A DNA stretch of 63,507 nucleotides, filler included, from Octopus bimaculoides (Eukaryota), in the NCBI RefSeq assembly GCF_001194135.2. It is 6 parts of 6 records of this genome, joined end to end, with 100 filler letters (N's around TTAATTAATTAA, not from the genome) between each part and the next. Parts side by side here need not be neighbours in the genome. Positions count along the whole stretch, not along the records: positions 1 to 18,383 come from NC_069007.1; 5 more parts are not named here. One strand, written 5' to 3'. The notes beneath the pieces are model-generated. The model was given only the letters and a program-made list of their open reading frames with translations, searched no databases and was not told the origin of the DNA. The position numbers and the translations under genes were made by a program. Positions 1 to 12,934 of this stretch are shown here, piece after piece. Each line of letters opens with the position of its first letter. Position 1 is the stretch's first letter.

Positions 1-32
<32 letters not shown>

Positions 33-253
33 TACATACATGTATGTGTACATCCTTACCTTCATCTACCTACCTACCTAACTCTCTCAGTCACTCTTTC
101 TTTCTTGCTCTCTCTCTCTATATCTATATGTGCGTGTGTGTGTGTGTTAGCATGTGTATGTATGTACACATATGTATGAATGTGTATATGTACATATATG
201 TATATATGTATGTGTACGAGCATGTGTGTGTGTGTGTGTGTGTATCTTTATCC

Positions 254-306
<53 letters not shown>

Positions 307-376
307 AATTACATATGTATACATAAATTCACACACACACACACACAAATACATACATATATAAACACACACATAC

Positions 377-500
377 AGGGTAATGCATAAGTCATTGCTT
401 CCAAAACAAGAATCTTTACAAATCCTTAATTTTTGTTCAGTTGTGAACATCTTCACATTTAAAAGTGAGAAATCTATTTTCCCTAAATACCAGTAATTAG
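377..500 (-). CDS. Candidate internal coding exon of an unidentified host gene; Cys-patterned peptide xNYWYLGKIDFSLLNVKMFTTEQKLRICKDSCFGSNDLCITL, loosely PAN/WSC-like
   Basis: Strong minus-strand acceptor (ttttatttcctttttttcag), donor gtatgt, 124 bp, exactly one open frame (phase 1 to 2), non-repetitive sequence between microsatellites. Confidence 0.5.
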
Positions 501-687
501 CTGAAAAAAAGGAAATAAAATAGATTGTAACTGAAATATTCTACTGCAGTTTTAAGTTTTAAAACATTAAGTGACTTCTGACTTCCCGTGTGTATGTATG
601 TGTATATAGCTGTGTGTATGTGTTTGTATTTAGTATGTATGTGCTTCATCATTGTCGTTGTCATCATCATCGTCATTATCGTCATTG

Positions 688-1085
688 GAAGAAGAAGGAG
701 GAAGAGGAGGAGAAAGAAGAAGAAGGAGAAGGAGGAGGAGAAGAAGAAGGAGGAGAAGAAGAGGAAGAAGGAGGAGAAGAAGAAGAAGAAGAAGAAGAAG
801 AAGAAGAAGGAGGAGGAGGAGGAGGAGAAGAAGGAGAAAAAGAAGAAGGAGGAGGAGAAGAAGAAGAAGAAGGAGGAGAAGAAGAAGAATGAGAAGGAGA
901 AGAGGAAGAAGAAGAATGAGAGGAAAGAGGAGGAGGAGGAGGAGAAGGAGAAGAAGAAGAAGAAGAAGAAGGAGGAGGAGAAGAAGAAGAAGAAGAAGAA
1001 GAAGGAGGAGGAGGAGAAGAAGAAGAAGAATGAGAAGGAGAAGAGGAAGAAGAAGAATGAGAGGAGGAGGAGGAGGAGGAGAAGG
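688..1085 (+). repeat. (GAA/GGA)n polypurine trinucleotide tract with higher-order duplication
   Basis: About 400 bp almost entirely A/G; the block gaagaagaatgagaaggagaagaggaagaagaagaatgagagg occurs twice. Confidence 0.95.
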
Positions 1086-1542
1086 GGAGTAATTATAAAT
1101 GGACTTGACACAAACATTCAAGGCAAGAAGAACAAGAAGAACTACAGTGCTTTCCTTTTCCATAGAAACTCATTTATGAAACAGGAAATGCAAAGATTTA
1201 GGAAATGCCACAAATAGGGATAAGAGAATGGTGAGCAGATTCCAGAGAATGGAATTGTTATATTTTGGAAAGGTCCTGGAATTATTGGAATGATCCAGGA
1301 TGAAGGAGAAAAGGGAATGTAAACTGCATCTGGAAGCTGTATCCTTCTATAGTTTGGTACAAGAAACTATATGTATGTAAGTAGGTGTATGTATTCATAT
1401 ATGTATGCATGTGTATGTATATATATATATATATGTATATATGTATATGTATGTGTGTACATATATGCAGTTGTGTGTGTATTTGTGAGTGTGTGAATAT
1501 GCTTGTACTCTAAAGGGGTGTTTAAGTATAGTGTATCATTAT

Positions 1543-1920
1543 GGTGGTGGTGGTGGCGGCGGCTGCGGTTGCAGTGGCGGCAGTGGTGGTGGTGGTGGCA
1601 GTGGTGATGGTGGTGGTGATGGTGGCAGTGGTGGTGGNNNNNNNNNNNNNNNNNNNNNNNNNNNNNNNNNNNNNNNNNNNNNNNNNNNNNNNNNNNNNNN
1701 NNNNNNNNNNNNNNNNNNNNNNNNNNNNNNNNNNNNNNNNNNNNNNNNNNNNNNNNNNNNNNNNNNNNNNNNNNNNNNNNNNNNNNNNNNNNNNNNNNNN
1801 NNNNNNNNNNNNNNNNNNNNNGGTGGCAGTGGTGGCGGTCATGCTGGAAATAATGACCATGGTGGTTGTGGTAGCATTAATAGTGGTGGTTGTTATTATG
1901 TTGATGGTGGTGGTGGAAAA
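1543..1920 (+). repeat. (GGT/GGC)n microsatellite spanning an N gap
   Basis: Direct reading. Confidence 0.9.
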
Positions 1921-2461
1921 TAATAATACAGAAACTGGGAAAAAATAAAGATAAGGAAGTGTTATTCAAAGATTACCACCAACATTTCTTTTACCTCTTA
2001 CTTCTTTCAGCATATATTCCACAACATATACGTAGATGTATGTAAGTATGTGAGCCTGTGTGTATATATTGTGCACAAGATGCATATATCCACATATGCA
2101 AAATATCCACATACTCATGTCTTGACTGTGTTTTTGAATGTTCATGTATGTCTGTATAGATGTGTATGTATGTGTTTGTAGGTATGAATGCATGTGCCCA
2201 TGCAGGTATGTGTGTTTTGCATACATTTTTCAGCATATCATCTCTTAATCACTTTACTGTTGTTGATTAATACAAGGTAGGTATGAATTTCCTGCAACAA
2301 CAATAAACCTCTGCCTCACCCTCCAATCATACTTTCACTTCTGGGCATCTTACATAAAGCTACCAAAACGGGGATATTGAAGTAAGCTGTGGTCCTCAGA
2401 TCGGCAAGACCCTATCGAAACAACAAACCCATGCCAAGATGGAAAGTGGTTATAAATCAGT

Positions 2462-2660
2462 TGATGGTAATGATGATGAGGATGATGATGATGATGTTAA
2501 GGATGATGATGATGATGATGATGATGGTGATGGCCATGATGATGATAATGATAATGATGGCGATGATGATGATGAGGATGATGATGTGGAGGAGCAGCAG
2601 GAGAAGGAGGAGGAGGAGCAGGAGGAGGATACCAATGAGGATCATGATGATGATGGTTTG
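2462..2660 (+). repeat. (GAT)n/(GAG)n microsatellite following an RTE-tail-like remnant
   Basis: Preceded by aacccatgccaagatggaaagtgg, similar to the RTE 3' end at 23120-23160. Confidence 0.8.
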
Positions 2661-3809
2661 GAGTTCAGTGATGGTGCCATAATGGTTTTCTTCTTTCTTC
2701 ATGTGATCATTATCAGAGATGTGATGTATTTCACCATACCACATCAGGAATCTCTGACCTCCGCAAGCTTTGTCATATCCTCAAGTTTAAGACAAAATAG
2801 TAGTAGTAGCAGTAGTAGTAGTAAAGAAGTAATTTGTGAAATACGTCAATATTTCAATTTGTTGTGTAAATAGTAAGAAATGATGTTAGATGCGGAACAA
2901 TCAATAGAATCCTGTGTGTCTGTGTGTCTTGAAGGAATTAATTTCAATCACAAAAACAAAACAAATACACAAAGAAATACAAAAATAACGAAACAAACAA
3001 GAAAATGTTAACAAAAGATAAAGAATAAAAAGTCTGCCGATTTGTGCCCAGTTTTCAAAGTTTAGACAATGATGATGATGATGATGATGATGATGACAAT
3101 GATGATCATGATCATGATGTTGAAGACGATGATGATGATAATGATGATGACAACGATGACAACAATGATGATGATGATGATGATGATCTCAATGATGATG
3201 ATGACAATGATGACGACGATGATGATGATGACAAAGTGAAGGATGCCTGAGAGGTTTCCACTGTGCTTCTTTGAAATAACACCCATATATAATTAGTGGT
3301 GATTTAGTAGTGCTGCCACCTATCTATCACTTTGTGCTGGAGTATTTATGGCCTCTGTCTGTTCCACTGGTTAAAAATAGCAACTTTAATAACAACAAAA
3401 GCATAAACACATAACTAAATAAAGTAATGTTTATGTATTCATTCTGCAAGATTCTTAATGTGAAATCGTGTGTTGAAACAGATATTGTTATCTTTTGGAA
3501 TGGTCGTATTTTGCCATTTAAACACGCACACGTACTATATAGTTGGTCTTCACTTCAGCTTCATTATTATTATTGTTTTAGTTCCTTTGTCAAAGGTCTT
3601 TCATCAGACATTCTGTGACTTCTTCAGCTGTATGTCTCTTTATCCTACATGTCTCTTACATGTCTCACACACATATTATAATAGAAATAGGTTTCAAAGA
3701 GAAAAATAAACTACACGTGGTAGATATATGGGGAAAGCAAGAAGGAAAAAGCGAAAATGCACGTTGGTTTTTTTATGTAAAAGGCTTTTTTTATGAAAAG
3801 AAACGATAG

Positions 3810-4365
3810 GAGTGGCTGTGCGGTAAGTAGCTTACTTACCAACCACATGGTTCTGGGCTCAGTCCCACTACATGGCACCTTGGGCAAGTGTCTTCTACTA
3901 TAGCCTCGGGCCGACCAAAGCCTTGTGAGTGGATTTGGTAGACGGAAACTGAAACAAGCCTGTTGTATATATATATNNNNNNNNNNNNNNNNNNNNNNNN
4001 NNNNNNNNNNNNNNNNNNNNNNNNNNNNNNNNNNNNNNNNNNNNNNNNNNNNNNNNNNNNNNNNNNNNNNNNNNNNNNNNNNNNNNNNNNNNNNNNNNNN
4101 NNNNNNNNNNNNNNNNNNNNNNNNNNNNNNNNNNNNNNNNNNNNNNNNNNNNNNNNNNNNNNNNNNNNNNNNNNNNNNNNNNNNNNNNNNNNNNNNNNNN
4201 NNNNNGTGTGTTTACATCCCCGTAACTTAGCGGTTCGGCAAAAGAGCCCAATAGAATAAGTACTAAGCTTACAAAGAATAAGTCCTGGGGTCAATTTGCT
4301 CAACTAAAGGTGGTACTCCAGCATGGCCACAGTCAAATGACTGAAACAAGTAAAAGAGTAAGAGT
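3810..4365 (+). mobile_element. SINE family A (tRNA-like head, internal (TA)n/(TG)n, taaaagag tail), CpG-decayed
   Basis: ggagtggctgtgcggtaag...cttgggcaagtgtcttctac...tagaataagtact...gaaacaagtaaaagag; more than 10 homologous copies in the window. Confidence 0.9.
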
Positions 4366-4604
4366 AAATTAGATGAACTGAGGTAGAATTAAGAGGAATA
4401 AAAGTCATTATTTTGAATTGTTAAAGGGATTCAAAGTCATACTGGTTTCGTCAGTTGCTGTTCACTGTATATAGTTTATTCAAATAAACAAACAATTAAA
4501 ACAGAGGAAAAAGGAGAAAACAAACATTAGGACATGCACAAGAAATATATCAATTAGACGCTTGGTGAAGGGAAAGAGTTGTCGTCAATGTTTCGAGCAT
4601 AGTA

Positions 4605-5100
4605 CTGATGATGATGATGATGATGATGATGTTGATGGTGATAGTGATGGTAATGTTGAGGATGGCAATGATGATGATGCTGGTGATTGCTATGAATACA
4701 ATGACGACGACGACGACGATGATGATGATCATGATTATGATGACTACGACGACAACGATGATGATGATTGCTATGATGACAATAACACTGATGATGATGA
4801 TGATGATGATGATGATGACGACGATGACGCTGTTGATTGCTATCATGACAACAATGATGATGATGGTGATGATGATTGTTATAAAAACGACAACAATGAT
4901 GGTGATGACAACGATGATGAAGATGCCCTTCCTAATGATGATGATGACGACGATGGCCAGATGCCCTTCACAATACCAACCACTGTGTGAAGTGTACCAA
5001 GTGCTTTCATTTCTGTGGTACCAGCAGCGATGAAGTCCTTTTCGGTGGTGGTGATGATGATGGTGATGTTGGTGATGATGGTGATGATGGTGATGATGTT
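4605..5100 (+). repeat. Degenerate (GAT/GAC)n array with embedded retroposon-tail remnant
   Basis: Direct reading. Confidence 0.9.
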
Positions 5101-5498
5101 ATGTACATACACTATACTAACCATTCCTACACACTCAGCCTCCTGAAGCTCGTAAAGAAAGGGTGACGTATCTTCTGACATTATTTCTACAAATTTATGT
5201 GCAAAGTCCCAGCTTTCTCATTCAATATTTCTTTAAAAGATTGATCGACATTTTTTTCTGTGTTATATAAATGTGTGTGTGTGTGTACGTATGTATATGT
5301 GAGTGTGAGTGAGTGTGTGTTTGAGTATGTGTGTGTGTGTTTGTGTGTGTGTATGATATAGTTAAAAGTCAAACAGGGAAGATGTTCTCATATATATATA
5401 TATATATGTATATATATACACATACATACATGTATGTGTGTATTTATACATATGTAAACACAGGTATGGTAGTGGCTGTGGTAAGAAGCTATAGGTGC

Positions 5499-5634
5499 CG
5501 ACTTTGCCTTTCATCCTTTCGGGGTCGATAAATTAAGTACCAGTTACGCACTGGGGTCGATGTAATCGACTTACTCCCTTTGTCTGTCCTTGTTTGTCCC
5601 CTCTATGTTTAGCCCCTTGTGGGCAATAAAGAAA
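5499..5634 (+). mobile_element. Young 5'-truncated retroposon (SINE 3' part) with 17-bp TSD
   Basis: taagaagctataggtgc at 5482-5498 and 5635-5651; CpGs intact. Confidence 0.8.
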
Positions 5635-5685
5635 TAAGAAGCTATAGGTGCAATGGTGGCTGCATGGTAAGATGATTGCTTCCAG

Positions 5686-6080
5686 GGTGCAATGGTGGCT
5701 GCATGGTAAGATGATTGCTTCCAGACTACATGGTTCTGGGTTCAGTTCCGTTGCATGGGCAAGTGTCTTCTCCTATAGCCTCGGGCCGACTAAAACCTTA
5801 TGAGTGGATTTGGTAGACAGAAACTGAAAGATGCCTATCATATATATATATATATATGCAAGTATTTGTTATTTGTGTCTGTGTTTGTCCCCCCACCTTC
5901 ACTTGACAACCGATGTTGGTGTGTTTACTTCCCCGTCACGTAACAGTTTAGCAAAAAGACACCGATAGAATAAGTACTGGGCTTACAAAGAATAAGTCCA
6001 AGAGTCACTTTGTTCAACTAAAGGCAGTGCTCTAGCATGGCCACAACCAAATGATTGAAACAAGTAAAAGAATAAAAGAA
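5686..6080 (+). mobile_element. SINE family A
   Basis: Homologous to 3810-4365; 39-bp head segment tandemly duplicated (5647-5724). Confidence 0.85.
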
Positions 6081-6102
6081 TATGTATACATATATATATG
6101 TG

Positions 6103-6146
<44 letters not shown>

Positions 6147-7194
6147 CACACACACAGAGATACATATATGTATGTATGTATGCATGTATGTATATGTATC
6201 TATCTATCTAGCTATGTCTGTCTGTCTATATATATATACATATATATGTATGCTTGAATACATACATATGAGTGGGTGTGTATACATATATGTATATATG
6301 CATACATACATATATTTATATATATATACGCACACGTGCACACACACACATATTGAAAGTGGAATGACTTTCCTTCATTGGCATCTGAGAACTACGCACC
6401 TGGTTTCTGAAAAATAACGAACATCAATAAAATTAGCTTTATAAATTTTGTCACTACTCTCATAATTTTTCCTTTTTTTTTTCCGTTTAATTTTTTCCTT
6501 AATCCATTTATCTATTTATTAATTCATTTATTTCTTTGTTCTTTCTTTTTATTTTCCACAAATATTCCATGTTAGAAACTCTGCTATAAAATAATGATTC
6601 TGTTTTCAGGGAAGCTTTTATTTCATGTCACTAGCTCACTCTCTCTCCATCTCTGTCTGTCTGTCTCCTTTTTATTTTTCCCCATCTCTCATAGATATGC
6701 ACTAACACACACACATACATACAGACGCTCATGCATACAAACATCCACACATACACACAGACACACACATGTCGGCATAGCTGAAATGTTTATTAGAGTT
6801 TATGTGTTTGTTACGATGTTTTTCAAGCAACTTAAGAAATAAAAATCTTTCCCCCCACACCATCCGCCAACCCATTTCTTCCCAGTTCTGCCTCGCAACT
6901 ACCCTCCCAGGTTTTTATTTTGAAGTATAAAAGTATTTTTACAATGAAGAAGTGAATTATTTCGAAAAAACCTATCAGGCCACAGGTTGCTATCTGGGTA
7001 AGAAGCTTGGTATGTTATTATGGAGTTTCAGGTTCAGTCCCACTGTGCAGCACACTTGTGCAAGTGTTTTCTACTGAAGCCCTGGGCCAACCAATGCCTT
7101 GTAAGTGAATAAGTGAATTTGGTCAGTGGAAGCCTGTGAAATTCTCTTGTGTATATCTAACTATCTATCGATCTATCTTTCTATCTATCAATAT

Positions 7195-7590
7195 CATCAT
7201 CGTCGTTTAACATCCGCCTTCCATGCTAGCATGGGTTGCATGATTTGACTGAGGACTGGTGAAACCAGAATGGCTACACTAGGCTCCAATCTGATTTGGC
7301 AGAGTTTCTACAGCTGGATGCCCTTCCTAACGCCAACCACTCCAAGAGTTTAGCGGGTGCTTTTACGTGCCACCGGCACGAAGGCCAGTCAGGCGATACT
7401 GGCAACGGCCACGCTCAAAATGGTGTATTTTATGTGCCACCCGCACAAGAGCCAGTCCAGGCGCACTGGCAATGATCTCACTCGAAAGTCTTTACACGTG
7501 CCACTGACACAAGTGCCAGGAAGGGGACGCTGGTAACGATTACGCTCAAATGGTGCCATTTACATGCCACTAGCGTAGAAGCCAGACAGC
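7195..7590 (-). mobile_element. 5'-truncated RTE LINE 3' UTR with (GAT)n tail
   Basis: Reverse complement of 22822-23180, which lies downstream of RTE reverse-transcriptase sequence. Confidence 0.8.
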
Positions 7591-7603
7591 TGTATACACA
7601 TGA

Positions 7604-8135
7604 GTATCTGGACAACTGCTCAACTGACAAGAGCCCGATGGACAATTGCAATCTTTTCCATTAAATGTTGATATTTTTTTCTTTTTGGGTAAAGGCTGAT
7701 GTCCTGCCAGCAGTCAGTTGATTGTGCTGTTCAGTGATTGTTCCGTCTTCAAAACCTGAAGAAGACACCAGGTATTTGGATGACCCAACGTTATATTCAC
7801 CTGTAAATGGTTATGCCATCCCGCCAAAGTATTAATTGTTTGTGGTAAATCATTGCATACGTGGTCATACATGATCCACATGCAAATAGCAAAGAGTGGG
7901 TTGCCTCTGTCATGCTGTCGTATTCTACCAATATAAGCATCTTCAAAGTAACCAATGATTGGATCTGCTTCATGGCACAAATCTTCTTGCAATTGCTCAA
8001 ATGCTGTCACAACATTGTCTGCTGACACAAAAGCCAAGGCCTTCCAAGACCTGATGGTTCTTTACTTCAGTAAACTGAAGAAAAATACAATTTTTGAGTA
8101 CAACTGCTTGTCGGGCAGTTGACCCAGAACCATAC
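7604..8135 (-). mobile_element. Internally deleted Mutator/MULE element
   Basis: ORF 7714-8037: AFVSADNV..YFEDAYIG..NPLF..W..TINTLAGWHN..HPNTW..LKTEQ, typical of the MULE transposase C-terminus; imperfect terminal inverted tctgg..caactgc motifs. Confidence 0.8.
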
Positions 8136-8190
8136 GCAGATATGACAGGAGTAATTAGTCACTCCATAAAACATTGTTTTATGTTTATTA

Positions 8191-8637
8191 CTCTCTTTTA
8201 CTCTCTTTTACTTGTTTCAGTCATTTGACTGTGGCCATGCTGGAGCACCGCCTTTAGTCGAGCAAATCCACCCCAGGACTTATTCTTTGGAAGCCTAGTA
8301 CTTATTCTTTGGAAGCCTAGTACTTATTCTATCGGTCTCTTTTTGCCAAACCACTAGGTTACGGGGATGTAAACACGCCAGCATCGGTTATCAAGCGATG
8401 TTGGGGGGGACAAACACAGACACACAAACATATACACACACAACACACATATATATATATAAACATATATACGACAGGCTTCTTTCAGTTTCTGTCTACC
8501 AAATCCACTCACAAGGCTTTGGTCGGCCTGAGGCTATAGTAGAAGACACTCGCCCAAGGTGCCACACAGTGGGACTGAACCCAGAACCATGTGGTTGGTA
8601 AGCAAGCTACTTACCACACAGCCACTCCCGCACCTAT
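8191..8637 (-). mobile_element. SINE family A, near full length, nested in Tc1
   Basis: Reverse complement of family A consensus; internal 22-bp tandem duplication at 8281-8324. Confidence 0.9.
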
Positions 8638-8691
8638 GTCCTTATTAATGGACATTTTTATGTTTCAGGTTCTTTATGTGACTGTTTAAAC

Positions 8692-9704
8692 ATGCCTAAC
8701 ACAAAAGAAGCCTTGGAACTGTCCAAATTTCAAAGAGGCCATATTGTGGCTCAATCTGAATGCAGATTTAGCGTAAAATTGCAGAAAATCTTGTGATTCT
8801 GCTTTCTACAGTTAATAGGGTGTTTGTGCAATTCACCAGGGAGTGGAAGGAGTCCACATCACATTGCCCAGGTTAACCAGGGCCCTCTGACAGGATCCTT
8901 TGCTTTGTTAAATGAAGTGTGGGGGATAATCCCCGTTGCAAGGTCTCTCACATAGCAGAACAAGTTGATGTCGGTCCCAGAACAGCTATCGGGTATCTTC
9001 ACAAACATGGTTACTCTGGTGGAGCAGCAAGAAGGAAACCACTTCTTTGACCAGCCAACATGAAACAGAGAAACGGTTGGGCCAGTGAGATGATAGAGTG
9101 GCCACTAGCATTCTTGGCCACTGTCCTATTCTCTGATGACTCCAGATTTGCTGTATTTTCTGACAGTGGTCAAGTGTGGGTCTGGAGACTCTGTGATCAA
9201 GAATTTGACATGAAAAGATTGCTGCCAACAATGAAACAAGGCAGCTATTCTGTAATAGTCAGGGGAGGAATCTGGAGCAATGGTCAATTAGAGTTGGTGG
9301 AATGTGAGGGAAGCATAAACTCCGATAAATATGTGTCCATATTGCAGAAAGGACTCCTTCCAATCTTCTGCAATGATGAAATGATTAAAGAAGACGCTTT
9401 ATTCATGGAAGATGGGGTTCCTTGTCACACAGCTAAAAAGACCCAAGATTGGTTGGAAAAGAATAGCATTAAAAAACTTCCATAGTTAAGCCAGTCACCA
9501 GATATGAACCCAGTGGAACACCTCTGGGGCATAATGGACAGGACACTTTATAAAAAGAAGAAAGCATCCTCAAAGCCAGATCTTATGAGATTATTGTATG
9601 GAAATTGGCAAGAAATTCTACAAGAGAATATTTATTATCTGAGCAGTAACATGCCTAATAGGGTCCTTGCATTGAAATATGCAAAGGGCATGTCTAATAA
9701 ATAG
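8692..9704 (+). pseudogene. Tc1 transposase pseudogene (stops and frameshift)
   Basis: MPNTKEALELSKFQRG HTH start; FSDDSRF, EDGVPCH, SPDMNPVEHLW; 34 residues between the second D and E. Confidence 0.92.
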
Positions 9705-9804
9705 TAGATATTCAGATTATAATAATTAATAAATAATTTGAATGTATGATTTCAGTTTTAAATAAATTTTGATGATTATAAGGGTGTCTATTTACTTCAG
9801 TCAT

Positions 9805-9835
<31 letters not shown>

Positions 9836-10153
9836 GTAAGAAGCTTGCTTCCTAATCACATAGTTCCAGGTTCAGTCACACTGTGTGACATCTTGGGCAA
9901 GTGTCTTCTACTATGGCCGACCAAAGCCTTATGAGTGGATTTGGTAGACGGAAACTGAAAGAAGTCCATTATATATATATATATATATATAAATATAGAT
10001 ATATATATATATATAAAATTAGGGATAAAATCCAAAATTACAGGTAATAACTCAATTAAAATCAATTTATTAAAAATTCAAATTAAATTAAGTTTCTACA
10101 TGTGACAGTGGATTTTCAGCGATGAGTTCATAAACCTTGGTTCTTTTCCCTAA

Positions 10154-10202
<49 letters not shown>

Positions 10203-10631
10203 CACATGTATACACATACACACACACACACACACACATGTGTGTGAGTATCTTACATGTTCATTTATGGGAAATGTTTTTGAGCATGCGCATAAAAGCT
10301 CCTATAAGATTACGTCAGCTATGGCCCAGTGATTGCAACTTGCAACAGCAGTTTTATGGGATTGTACTCAGCTGTGTTGATATAACGTAGGCTGAATTGG
10401 ATGATGCAAACATAAGATCAAAGAATCCTTCCTAAGATTTGAACAAAACATTAGAAAACACAGACACTGAACAATCGAATGACCTCATAAATGAAATATA
10501 AACAAAAGAAGCATTCGTAGGTTATATCAACAGAAGATTCCCACTCAGCAAAACATATCCATCCGTGTCGCCAACAAAAGCTATGCACAAAATATGGTAA
10601 GTGCGTGGTATTACATAACTAAGTATACACG

Positions 10632-11005
10632 GTGGAGGCGCAATGGCCCAGTGGTTAGGGCAGTGGACTCGCGGTCAGAGGATCATGGTTTCGATTCCCA
10701 GACCAGGCGTTGTGTGTGTTTATTGAATGAAAACACCTAAAGCTCCACGAAGCTCCGGCAGGGGATGGTGGTGAACCCTGCTGTACTCTTTCGCCACAAC
10801 TTTCTCTCACTCTTACTTCCTGTTTCTGTTGTGCCTGTAATTGAAAGGGTCAGCCTTGCCACACTCTGTGTCACGCTGAATATCCCCGAGAACTACGTTA
10901 AGGGTACACGTGTCTGTGGAGTGCTCAACCACTTGCACATTAATTTCACGAGCAGGCTGTTCCATTCATCAGATCAACTGGAACCTTCGTCATCACAAAC
11001 TCAGC
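10632..11005 (+). mobile_element. SINE family B (tRNA-derived head)
   Basis: gtggaggcgcaatggcccagtggttagggcag..ggtttcgattccc with A- and B-box-like motifs; copies at 13720, 20801, 38140, 39854. Confidence 0.9.
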
Positions 11006-11289
11006 TATATAGATATAGATAGATAGATTATCCTGTCTAGAACCAAACCAGGAGACGTATGGTCTCTTCTTGCTTAAATTTTGTTTTATATTTCTGGCAT
11101 CCCTTTTTGTCTATGATATGATTAATGACATATTTATCTATTTGTTTTCTTTATCTATTTTCTTTATTTCATTTATCTATTCTTATTTTATTTGTTTTGT
11201 TTCTCCTATTCTTCATAATGCAGATTAATTTTGTTGTAATGTAAGCACATTGAAATGACTGCTACACATTTGTTCTCTTGCTATGTGAA

Positions 11290-11762
11290 TTATTATCATC
11301 ATCATCAACATCATCACCATTACCACCACTACTATTACCACCACCACCACTACTAACAGTACCACCATATTTATCATCATCACCACCACTGCCACCATTA
11401 ACATCATCATCACCACCACCACCACCACCATCATGACCACTGCCACCATTACAACCACCATTACCATCATCATCAAAATTATCATCATGGATGTTCTTGC
11501 TTTTGTTGTCGTCATCACCAACATCACCACCACCACCACCATCATTACAAGGACCAACTTTATCCTCCCCTTCCTCATCTCCCCATCATCATAATTATCC
11601 TCACCACCACCACCACCACCTCCATTGTCATCAGCAGCAGTACCAGTTGCTGCTGCATCATCATCATACCACCATCAGGCACAGCAGCAGCGACATCATT
11701 ACCATTATACCCAGCACCACCATGACCACCACCACTAGCAGTAACAGCAGCAGCAGCCACCA
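11290..11762 (+). repeat. Mixed (CAC/CAT/CAG)n microsatellite
   Basis: Direct reading. Confidence 0.9.
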
Positions 11763-11992
11763 CTGAAGCGACTCAGGAAACAACACAAAAAGCTCTACCA
11801 TTATTAACAAAAGACATGGAACTTTTAACTTTAATTCTCTCATAAAATCATATTTCTTTACAGGTTATTGGCAAAATGTCATACAAAAACAACGCTTTAT
11901 AATAATCTATCCATCCATCTATCTATCTATCAACCAGTCTGTGTGTCTGTCTATCTATCAAAATATATGCATAGTCCAACATATATACATTC

Positions 11993-12031
<39 letters not shown>

Positions 12032-12836
12032 NNNNNNNNNNNNNNNNNNNNNNNNNNNNNNNNNNNNNNNNNNNNNNNNNNNNNNNNNNNNNNNNNNNNN
12101 NNNNNNNNNNNNNNNNNNNNNNNNNNNNNNNNNNNNNNNNNNNNNNNNNNNNNNNNNNNNNNNNNNNNNNNNNNNNNNNNNNNNNNNNNNNNNNNNNNNN
12201 NNNNNNNNNNNNNNNNNNNNNNNNNNNNNNNNNNNNNNNNNNNNNNNNNNNNNNNNNNNNNNNNNNNNNNNNNNNNNNNNNNNNNNNNNNNNNNNNNNNN
12301 NNNNNNNNNNNNNNNNNNNNNNNNNNNNNNNNNNNNNNNNNNNNNNNNNNNNNNNNNNNNNNNNNNNNNNNNNNNNNNNNNNNNNNNNNNNNNNNNNNNN
12401 NNNNNNNNNNNNNNNNNNNNNNNNNNNNNNNNNNNNNNNNNNNNNNNNNNNNNNNNNNNNNNNNNNNNNNNNNNNNNNNNNNNNNNNNNNNNNNNNNNNN
12501 NNNNNNNNNNNNNNNNNNNNNNNNNNNNNNNNNNNNNNNNNNNNNNNNNNNNNNNNNNNNNNNNNNNNNNNNNNNNNNNNNNNNNNNNNNNNNNNNNNNN
12601 NNNNNNNNNNNNNNNNNNNNNNNNNNNNNNNNNNNNNNNNNNNNNNNNNNNNNNNNNNNNNNNNNNNNNNNNNNNNNNNNNNNNNNNNNNNNNNNNNNNN
12701 NNNNNNNNNNNNNNNNNNNNNNNNNNNNNNNNNNNNNNNNNNNNNNNNNNNNNNNNNNNNNNNNNNNNNNNNNNNNNNNNNNNNNNNNNNNNNNNNNNNN
12801 NNNNNNNNNNNNNNNNNNNNNNNNNNNNNNNNNNNN

Positions 12837-12876
<40 letters not shown>

Positions 12877-12934
12877 CAACACAGACATGCACACGCACAT
12901 GCATGCAGGCACACACACACACACACACACACAT

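Larger units (their letters stand above)
7597..9807 (+). mobile_element. Tc1-like DD34E DNA transposon, interrupted by a MULE and a SINE
   Basis: Right TIR (reverse complement cacatgactgaagtaaatagacaccc) matches split left TIR (cacatga at 7597-7603; atgacaggagtaattagtcac near 8142); decayed transposase inside. Confidence 0.85.

Noticed and set aside
497-1217. Poly-K/E/R/F/L, poly-D, poly-I and YI/HT ORFs throughout
   Set aside because: Translations of microsatellites in several frames at once; no splice or homology support
2011-3628. Plus-strand micro-exon candidates 2011-2037/2041 and 3581-3628 with good splice sites
   Set aside because: Very short, with no recognisable product, and in conflict with the better minus-strand exon; chance matches are common in TA/TG-rich DNA
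10632-10710. tRNA genes (also 13720, 20801, 21415, 38140, 39854, 43598)
   Set aside because: Poor acceptor stems and embedded in dispersed repeats; these are SINE or PLE heads
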